Shown: in pieces, positions 10,364 through 20,010 of the stretch
How positions within the stretch are numbered: the stretch's first letter is position 1
Layout: each line of letters starts with the position of its first letter
NCBI GenBank assembly: GCA_043228905.1
Contig: JBHGNT010000008.1
Coordinates: 3,410,001 to 3,474,000, forward strand
Reading direction: 5' to 3'
Source of the DNA: Azolla caroliniana
Lineage: Eukaryota; Plantae; Polypodiophyta
DNA length: 64,000 nucleotides
The notes under the pieces: generated by a model
Databases searched by the model: none
Told to the model about the DNA's origin: nothing
Seen by the model: only the letters and a program-made list of their open reading frames with translations
Translations under genes and position numbers: made by a program

Positions 10364-12775
10364 ATGTGGAAGGAGAAAAGCTGCAGCTATGGCAGGATGG
10401 ATCTCCTGTGGAGGGAGTATTTCATGGATCCTTCTGTATGGATCGATAGTCGGAGCAGTAAGGTCGTAAAAGAGAGAGAGAGAAAGAGATGATTTCTTCT
10501 TTACAGAATGGGAACTCTGTCATTAGTTTTTTAATCTTAAGCTAGGTTTTTAAGTGTTGATATTCATGGTTTTCCCCTACAGAAACTAGAGCAATATCAT
10601 TTCGGAGGTTTTTAATTTTGAGGCCACCTGAAAATTCTGATGGTATCTTGCTTCACTCTTTCTTTACAGAGTAGCTCCAAATTTCCAGATTTCAAACATA
10701 AAACGAATTGTGAGCCTTTATGGATCGATGGATGGTGCAACCCGTTTTGGGTTCATGAAGAGGTGAAGAGACAAGGAATTGTTGTACCGATAGGAATTCT
10801 TGACAAAGGGGTAGTGAGTGAAAACCTTCAACAAGAATGCCATGCTTTCATGACCTTACTTAAATCTTGTACCTTAAAGAAGGATCTTAATGAGGGTTGT
10901 AGACTACATGCTGAGATTCTCAAAAGAGGATTACTTGAAAACAATCCTTACCTTGCTAGTTCTTTGATCAATATGTACTCCAAATGTGGATTGCTTGCAA
11001 AAGCGCAAAAAGTGCTCGAAGTGCTTTGTGTTCGAAATGTGGTCACTTGGTCAGCATTGATTGGTGGGTATGCTCAACAAGGGCAAGGTCATGAAGCATT
11101 GGAATGTTTTGAACAAATGAAAAGGGAGGGAATCTTTCCAAATATGGTCACTTTCACATGCATTTTAAAGGCGTGTGGGAGCACAGGATCCATAAAAAAA
11201 GGTGAACGGATACATCATGAGATTATAAGCAAGGGCTTGTTAGAAAAGGATATTATACTCGGTACTGCTTTGGTGGATATGTATGCAAAATGTGGGGTGC
11301 TCACAAAGGCACAAAATGTGCTAGAAGAGCTTCCTGCTCGAAACCTTCTCTCTTGGTCTGCTCTCATTGCAGGATATGCCCAACAAGGGCAAGGTCATGA
11401 AGCATTGAACTGTTTTGATCGGATGGAAAGTGAGGGGTTCTCTCCGAATGCAGTTACTTTCATTTGCATATTGAAGGCTTGTGGTAGCATAGGGGCTATA
11501 GATAAAGGTAAACAAATCCACGAACAGATTGTAAGTAGGGGGCTGTTAAAGAATGATATTGTGCTTGGAACTGCTTTGATGGACATGTATGCTAAATGTG
11601 GCGAGCTTGGAAAAGCCAAACAGGTTCTTGAAGAGCTTTCTATACGAGATATTGCCTCTTGGAATGCACTCATTTCTGGGTATGCCCAGCAAGGACAAGG
11701 AGATGAAGCACTGAAGTGTTTTGATCAAATGCAAAGCGAAGGTTTCTCCCCAAATGCAATCACTTTCATTTCTATTCTAAAAGCATGTTGTTGCACAGGA
11801 ACTCTAGAAAAGGGAAAAGAGATTCACAAAGAGATTATGAGCAGGGATATACTGGAACATGATTACGTGCTTGGCAATGCTTTGGTTGACATGTATGCCA
11901 AATGCGGCGCGCTTGCCAAAGCACAAGAAGTGCTCAAAGAGCTTGTTTTTCAAGGTGTAACATCTTGGAATGCATTAATTGCAGGATATGCACAACGTGG
12001 TCGATGCCATGAAGCAATGGAGTGCTTCGAACAAATGCAAAGTAAGGGCCTTTCAGCAAATGAAATCACTTTCATTTGCATTTTAAAAGCCTGTGGTAGC
12101 AAAGGAGCACTGGAAAAGGGCAAAGAAATTCATGATGAGATTTCTAGTAGGGGATTGGTGCAGAAGAATATTGTACTCGGGACTGCTTTGGTAGATATGT
12201 ATGCCAAATGTGGTGTTCTGGCAAATGCACAAAAAGCACTCAATGAGCTTCCAGTTCGAAATGTAGTCTCATGGAATTCGCTAATTGCCGGTTACTCCCA
12301 TCAAGGACAAGGTGAAGAAGCACTGAACTGTCTTCAATTGATGCAAAGAGAAAGCATTTCTCCAAATTCTGTTACACTCTTGTGTGTTTTGAGTGCATGT
12401 AATCGTTCAGGACTATTGGATAAAGCTCGAATTCTCTTTGAAAACATGACTAGGGAGTACGGTATTATGCCAAATGTAGAGCATTATAGTTGTATGATGG
12501 TTAGCTTTGGATGTGCTGGGCATTTTGACAAAGCCATTTCAGCTCTTAAGTTGATACCATCTTGTAAGTGTCTAGCAGTTTGGCTTGCACTTCTAAGTAC
12601 TTGTAGAAAATGGGGAAATGTAAAGCTTGGAAGGATGGCTTTTTATCAGGCAGTTGAACTAGATAGGGATTGTGGTACAGCTTATTCTCTTATGGCTGAG
12701 ATTTTTGCAGCTGCTGGTATGCAAGACGATGCAGAAATGGTTAAATCCATGAGATTGAAATATGATGTGGTTTGA
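10364..12775 (+). CDS. PDF-motif/PLS-E PPR fusion protein (PPR-3); exons 10364-10462 and 10670-12775, 734 aa
   Basis: Exon 1 reads MWKEKSCSYGRMDLLWREYFMDPSVWIDSRSSK. A phase-0 GT..AG intron spans 10463-10669 (acceptor cttcactctttctttacag). Exon 2 starts SSSKFPDFKHKTNCEPLWIDGWCNPFWV, then five MY(A/S)KCG S motifs, P2-L2-S2 and E1/E2. A further upstream exon is possible (acceptor-like AG at 10260-10261 with the frame open). Confidence 0.85.
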
Positions 12776-13113
12776 AGAAGCAAAGCAATAACGTTGGGGG
12801 TGGAGGGGGGATGCAAATGCAAGTAAGTATATTTACTCATTTCCTGCCGAGATTGCAAAGCATTTACAAAATGATGATAAATATAGAACTAAAATGTGCC
12901 ATTTGGCAAATAGTGGGTGATTAATCACGAAATCCATAATCAAGGAAACATGAGGACAAGCTTTTGGCAGAACAGGGGAAGTTCTGAAGGATTCTTTCAT
13001 AGTGTGGAAGACAGATGCTTTTAACATATTTTCATAGAACAGCATTATTGATATCAGGATTTCTGCTCGAAGAAATTGGAAGTGAATCGCAGAAGAAATG
13101 AGGAGAATGTAAT

Positions 13114-15006
13114 AGAGTTGGTCTAGGATGAAGGGCTAACTTGGCCACGGAAAGCTTCAGAGGAGATGAAACCAAAAAGGTGTACATCTGACCTCAGTCA
13201 GTATGGTTGTCCAACAGAAACCTGAAGGTCATGCCTTCAACCCCTATATAATGTAGTGTTATCTAGTAAATTAGTCAGATATGATCCTTTAGACACGTTC
13301 AACCTCTACATTCTTTAAGATTATCTACAAAATTGTGGGATTTGTTCCCCTGCATTCCACCAGGTCACATTGTAAATTAGTAGGATTTCATCCCAGGGGC
13401 TTGGAGTTTAGCAGACCTGGTATGTTCATGTTAACTATACATGTTTGGTAGTAATGATTGATGATATGGATGTGATGTTTGATGCACCAACATCCTGCAA
13501 TTATATGATATGATTATGTGAAAGGAGTTCTTGTATGTATAAGAAGTGGATGAGATGATACAAAGCCTTAATATCAAGAGGATATTAATGAAACATGTTT
13601 CAGAGATTGGTGCCAAGGAGTTTGCAAATGTAAATAAGGGAAAGAAGAAGAAGAATCACAAAGAAAAGAAAATTTGTTAATTGCTCGCACAGGGGAATTG
13701 GAGGATTGTACAAATATGTTACATTCTTGTACATGCATTGTGAATTGACCTGGAATTAACAGTGCCATTTTTGCAGGCTTATTTTGACTCGAATGTATCT
13801 ATCTTACCCACGATTCCCAACTCCACCTAACTTAGAATACCTGTGTACTACAAAATATAAATCCAAATAACCAGCCATTCCTCCTAAACTGGACTGATGG
13901 GAAGTTTGTCACTTAACTGCTCAAGAAACTTTTTTGTGTTTTGATAATATTCCCTAGTACTGATTGTTTCTTAGGAGAATATCTCTTCACTACTGACTGT
14001 GTCAATAGATGAAACACTAAAACACAAAGTAAGCAATATCATGAGACCTATAATTTAGATGCAAAAACCTTTGTTCTAAGAGTTGGTCTAGGATGAAGGG
14101 CTAATTTGGCCACTTAAAGCTTCAGAGGAGATGAAACCAAAAAGGTGTACATCTGATCTCAGTCAGTATGGTTGTCCAACAGAGACCCGAAGGTCATGCC
14201 TTTAACCCCTATATTATATAGTGTTATCTAGTAAATTAGTCAGATATGATCCTGTAGACACGTTCAACCTCTACGTTCTTTAATATTATCAACAAAATTG
14301 TGGGATTTGTTCCCATGGACACATGTTCATCCCCTGCATTCCACCAGGTCACGTTGTAAATTAGTGGGATTTCATCCCAGGGGCTTGGAGTTTAGCAGAT
14401 CTGGTATGTTCATGTTAACGATACATGTTTGGTAGTACTGATTGATGATATGGATGTGATGTTTGATGCACCAACATCCTGCAATTATATGATATGATTA
14501 TGTGAAAGGAGTTCTTGCGCGTATAAGAAATGGATGAGATGATACGAAGTCTTAATATCAAGAGGATATTAATGAAACATGTTTCAAAGATTGGTGCCAA
14601 GGAGTTTGCAAATGTAAGGGAAAGAAGAAGAAGAATCACAAAGAGAAGAAAATGTGTTAATTGCTTGGAGGATTGTAAAAATATGTTACATTCTTGTACA
14701 TGCATTGTGAATTGACCTGGAATTAATAGCGCCATTTTTGCAGGCTTATTTTGGCTTGAATGTATCTATCTTGCCTGTGTACTACAAAATATAAATACAA
14801 ATAACTGGACATTCCTCCTAACTTGACTGATGGGAAGATTGTCACTAAACTGCTCAAGAAACTTTTGTGTTTTGATAATATACCCTAGTACTGATTGTTT
14901 CTTAGGAGAATATCTCTTTACCACTGACTGTCAATAGATGAAACACTAAAACACAAAGTAAGCAATATCATGAGACCTACAATTTAGATGCAAAAACCTT
15001 TGTTCT
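13114..15006. repeat. Direct tandem duplication of ~0.95 kb (13114-14077 and 14079-15006)
   Basis: Both copies start AGAGTTGGTCTAGGATGAAGGGCTAA and end GCAAAAACCTTTGTTCT. They are colinear with a few indels, and their ORF-track products pair up (13574/14415). Confidence 0.95.
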
Positions 15007-16119
15007 GCGATATATTTATGCTTTTTTCGCCTGTGGGGTTGTCTTTCATTTCCCTTCTCCTTTCTCATTAAATTGGATTTAAGAACCAAATTAAACCGAT
15101 TACAAATAGGAACATCAAATTTGATAAGGACTTAAAATATTACTGAAAAGAACTGAAGTATGGATATGAGTATGTTTCCTCATTATATAACTAAAAGAAC
15201 CAAAACTTGATTGCTATCTTCATAAAATTCAAGCATGACCACAAGAAACTAAAATATGGACATGAGTATGCATCCTCATTTAAGAAACCAAACTTGAACA
15301 CTATCATTACATAGAAATTGAGAACAAATTTATAAACTAACCACGAGGACCAAATATGAACGTGAGCCTCAAGTAATCAGACTCATGCATCACTGAAAAC
15401 AATTAAAACAGGATTCTATTTCTGTAGCTTTATTTTTAAATTATAAAATAGAACATGAAATTTATAACTTGCATAGGGTATTGCATTCCGGATAAGCTGA
15501 AGTATGCCTTTTGAACTTCAAGACTGGTAATACAAAACCTTCTTTCATTCACCTATATGGAAGTAGCTTTCATAACCACAAAAAATATTTTTGTCAACTT
15601 TTATCAACTGCTCAAATGCATCTTTTCCCGATTTCAGCTTTCCATGGATCCTTCATCACTGTGAAAGTTTAAGCTGAGGTGTGGTGTCCATACATTCCAT
15701 GTTAGCATTCACAACTTAAGATGCGATATGATGCAATTACATCACATGTTAGCTAATTTACATCAGGCCTAATTTCCATCTTCAAAATCATGTAGACAAT
15801 TTAGACATATGACAACAAAATCACACTCGTCTATTTTAGATACAAGCGATGTAGCAATATGGTAGTCGTCACACATCTTCATGTTATTTGTATGGTGTAT
15901 AATTTTCTTCTTCTTTGATATGTATTTATGAGAGCAGAGGCAATTGACAACATCTCATTTTCTTCATTGAAAATGTATATTGAGATGTTATTTGTATGGT
16001 TTGTAGTTTCTTCATCTTTGGTATGTATTCTTCCTCCCTTCATTGAAAATGTTTTGTGACACCAAAAAGTAGCTCCAGAACATGAACTTTAATAGCTTTC
16101 ATCTTTGCATACGTACCTT

Positions 16120-19098
16120 TCACCTGAGAAAGATTTCTATCCCCAAATGAATATCTCCACTCATATCTACAGACTCACAATTTCCTTCCTTCCAGCTGGC
16201 ATATTTCAATCTCATTGCTTCAACCTTTTCTGCATCCTCTTGCATGCCAGAACCTGTGAAAATTTTAGCCATAAGAACATAAGCTGCTGAGCAAGTGTTA
16301 TCTAATTGCACTGCCTGATCAAACACCAACCGCCCAAGCTTCACATTTCCCCATTTTTGACAAGAACCTAACAGAGCAAGCCAAATTACTGGATATTCTG
16401 ATGACGCTGATGCCTTAATCAGAGATATTGCATTATCAAAGTGTCCTGCACATCCATAAATAATGACCATGCAAGTATGATGCTCTAAGTTGGGAGTAAT
16501 ACAATATTTTCTAGTCATATTCTCGAAAAGCAATTGGGCATCATACAATAGACCTGAATGACAGCATGCATTCAGAACACAGAGGCATGTAACTTCATCA
16601 GGTGAGAGACCCTCATTCTGCATTTGATAAAAACAGTTCAATGCTTCACAGCCTTGTCCTTGTTGAGCATACCCTGCAATCAGTGCATTCCAAGAGACTA
16701 CATCTTGCACAGCAATTCCTTCAAGAACCTGCTGTGCTTTTATAAGCATGCCACATTTTGCATACATATCAATCAAAGCAGTGCCAAGCATGGTATCCTT
16801 TTCTAGCAATTGCTTTTTGATGATCTCATCATGAATTTGTTTGCCCTTATCTATAGCTCCGGCACTGCCACAGGCTTTCAAGCTACAGATGAAGGTGACT
16901 ATGCTAGGAGATAGGCCCTCACTTTGCATCCGCTCAAAGCAATTCAGTGCTTCATGGCATTGACCTTGATCAGCATATCCTGATATAAGGGTAGACCAAG
17001 ATATTGCATTCCGAACTGGAAGTTCTTCTAGTACCTTGTGTGCTATTGCAAGTTCACCACATTTGACGTACATCCCAACTAACGCATTACCAAGCACAAT
17101 ATCTTTCTCCAGCATTCCCCTACTTAAAATCTCTTTGTGAATTTTCCTACCTTTGTCCAGCGCTCCCATACTGCCACAAGATGTCAGTATGTGAATGAAA
17201 GTGACCACAGTGGGAGAGAGGCCCTCACTTTGCATGCTTTCAAAAGAGTTCAATGCTTCACAATTTTTCCCCTGTTCAGAATAACCTGCAATAAGTGCAG
17301 ACCAACAAACTACATCCCGAATATGTAGCTCTTCCAACACCTGTTGGGCCTTTGCAAGTTCACCACATTTTGCATACATATCTACCAACGCAGTGCCGAG
17401 CATAATATCCTTCTTCAATGAACCCCTATTTACAATGTCTTCATGAATTTGTTTGCCCTTGTCTATAGCTCCTGTGATACCACAGGCCTTCAACGCACAA
17501 GTTAAGGTAACCACATCAGAAGTCAGACCTTCACTTTGCATCCGTTCGTAGCAATCCAGTGCTTCACAACATAGCCCCTGTTGTACATATCCTGCAATTA
17601 GTGCACACCAAGATTTATCATTTCGAACCGGAAGCTCTTCAAGCACCTCTTGTGCTTTCAAAGGAACGCCACATTTGGCATACATATCCACTAAGGCAGT
17701 GCCAAGCAAAATATCCTTCTCTAGCAAGCCTCTACTTGCAATCTCATCATGAATTATTTTCCCCTTTTCTAAAGCTCCTGTGCTGCCACAGGCCTTCAAG
17801 ATGGAGGTAAAAATAACCTCATCTGTCGGGAATCCCTCTCTTTTCATCCTATCAAAGCATTTCAGTGCTTCATGACCTTGCTCTTGATGAACATATCCTG
17901 AGATTAGAGCAGACCAAGAGACTGTATTTCGAATAGGAAGATCGTCAAACAGATTTTGTGCTTTCACAAGAAAACCACATTTCGCATACATATCTATAAG
18001 AGCAGTGCCAATGACAACACTCTTTTCCAAAAATCCACCCCTCACTATCACATCATGAATTCGTTCCCCATCATCTATGGCACCAGTAGAGCTACATGCC
18101 TTCAAAATACCAACGAAGCTTACTATATTTGGAGAGATGCCTTCAGTCTGCATTTCCTCAAAACAGTTAAACGCTTCATGACAATTCCCTTTTTGAGCAT
18201 ATCCTGAGATTAATGCATTCCAAGAGACTACATTTCGAATAGGAAGAATATCGAGCACCTCGTGAGCTTTAACAATTGCTCCACATTTTGCATACATATC
18301 CACCAAAGCAGTGCCAAGCACAATATCCTTCTCTAACAACATTCTATGCACAATCTCATCATGAATCTGTTTACCCATATTTATATCTTGGGTGTTCCCA
18401 CACGCCTTTAAGATGCATGTTAATGTGATTGCATCTGCATAGTGGCCCTCGTGTTGCATTCTTTTGAAACAAGTTAATGCTTGATGCATTTGCCCTTTTT
18501 GAACATACCCTACGATCAATGCAGCCCATGATACAACATTTCGAGTAGGAAGCTCGTCGAGCACTTTTCTTGCTTTTGCGAGTTCTCCACATTTGACATA
18601 CATGCTAATTATAGTGGTCGCCAGATAAGGATTCTTCTCAACCAGCCCTTTATCCAGAATATTAGTATGTAATCTACTACCCACAAGGAGATCTTTCTTC
18701 TTGGCATAATTCTTGAACAATTCCACAAGAGCGAACTCTTCCTTGCGTTTTCCATCAATAATCTCGTATTCATGATTTCCCTTTGCGCATAGAACAATCT
18801 CTCTTCTGAACAACTCTTCACAAACCCAAGAGGGGTTGTACCATGCATCAATCCACAAAGACTGGCAAGTAGTTTTATGAGTAAAATCTGGTGATCTGGA
18901 AGAACACTAGTGGAAAACTCTCTCTCTCTCTCTCTCTCTGTATATATCTATCTATCTACCTATCTATCTATCTCCATCTCATATATAAACAATACATACC
19001 TTGGTACTACAACTGTGGCACCAGAGAGAAGGGTCCTTGAAATACTCCTTCCATAACCAGTCTACCCTTTCGCCATTTGATCTCTGCTGCTTCCCCAT
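16120..19098 (-). CDS. PDF-motif/PLS-E PPR fusion protein (PPR-4); exons 19098-19000 and 18906-16120, 961 aa
   Basis: Exon 1 reads MGKQQRSNGERVDWLWKEYFKDPSLWCHSCSTK. The donor is AAG|GTATGT, the 93-nt phase-0 intron spans 18999-18907 and the acceptor is ttttccactag. Exon 2 starts CSSRSPDFTHKTTCQSLWIDAWYNPSWV, then seven S motifs, P2-L2-S2, E1/E2 and a short PG-box-like tail. An in-frame TGA lies 11 codons upstream of the ATG. Confidence 0.88.
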
Positions 19099-19204
19099 GG
19101 ATTCTGCGCTTTCCTGACGTTGTTCATTTCATCAGAATTTCTGTGAGAATGATCACAAGAAGCACCTGCCCCTCATAAGCTCTCAAACAAATTTTCAAGG
19201 CTTT

Positions 19205-20010
19205 TCACACTGTTATGGGCGGACAACTGAGAAAATGAAGAAATGCCAGGTAAACTTTTATGCTACCGAACTACGAATGGCCATCTCGTCTGATGACTAA
19301 CAACACATTGAAGTGGTTATTGGAAGACGCCTGGAGCTCGATCCTCATATGATATGGAGGTATGCGGGGTATTGGGTTCACACTACAATGGGCGGACAAA
19401 TGAGAAAATGAAGACATGCCATTTACACTTTTCTGCTAGCAAACTAGGAATGGCCCCATCTCATTTTATGACTGATAACACATTGAAGTGGTCATTGGAG
19501 ACAGCTTGGAGCTTGATCCTCGCTTGATATGGAGGTATCTAGGGTGGTGGGTTCACTCTACAATGGGTGGACAACTGAGAAAATGAAGAAATGCTAGTTA
19601 AACTTTTTCTGCCAATGAACTATGAAAGGTTGTCTCGTTTGATGACCAATAATACATTGAAGTGGTTCTTTGAGGCAACATAGAGCTCAATCTTCATGTG
19701 ATATGGAGGTATCGGGGTGTTGGGTTCGCACTACAATGGGCGGACAACTGAGAAAATGAAGAAATGTCGGGTAAACTTTTATGCTAGCGAACTATGAATG
19801 GTCATCTCGTTTGATGAATAATAACACATTGAAGCGGTTATTGGAAGCAACCTGGAGCTCGATCCTCACATGATATGGAGGTGTCGAGGGTGTTGTGTTC
19901 ACATTATAATGGGTGGACGAGTGAGGAAATGAAGAAATGTCGTGTTAGCCCTTTTGCTAGCAAACTACCTTGTTCCATAATCAATGACATGTTGAAGTGG
20001 TTATTGGAGT
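19205..20010. repeat. Tandem satellite-like array, 173-175-bp unit, ~4.6 copies
   Basis: ATGGG(C/T)GGAA-like anchor ATGGG(C/T)GGAC starts at 19215, 19388, 19563, 19736 and 19909. Units share GAAAATGAAGA and CATTGAAGTGGT..TGATATGGAGGT. Confidence 0.92.

Noticed and set aside
10218-10469. 83-aa ORF upstream of PPR-3
   Set aside because: Wrong frame; the overlapping frame encodes the conserved exon 1.
10640-10669. ORF-track start MVSCFTLSLQ for PPR-3 (and the TTG start at 18858 for PPR-4)
   Set aside because: The first is translated intron polypyrimidine tract and the second is an internal Leu. The spliced models restore a continuous motif in both paralogues.
19205-20010. CRISPR-like or coding interpretation of the 173-bp array (also 32605-32915)
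   Set aside because: Whole units are homologous with no unique spacers, there are no cas genes and the context is eukaryotic. Unit lengths of 173/175 and stop codons argue against coding.
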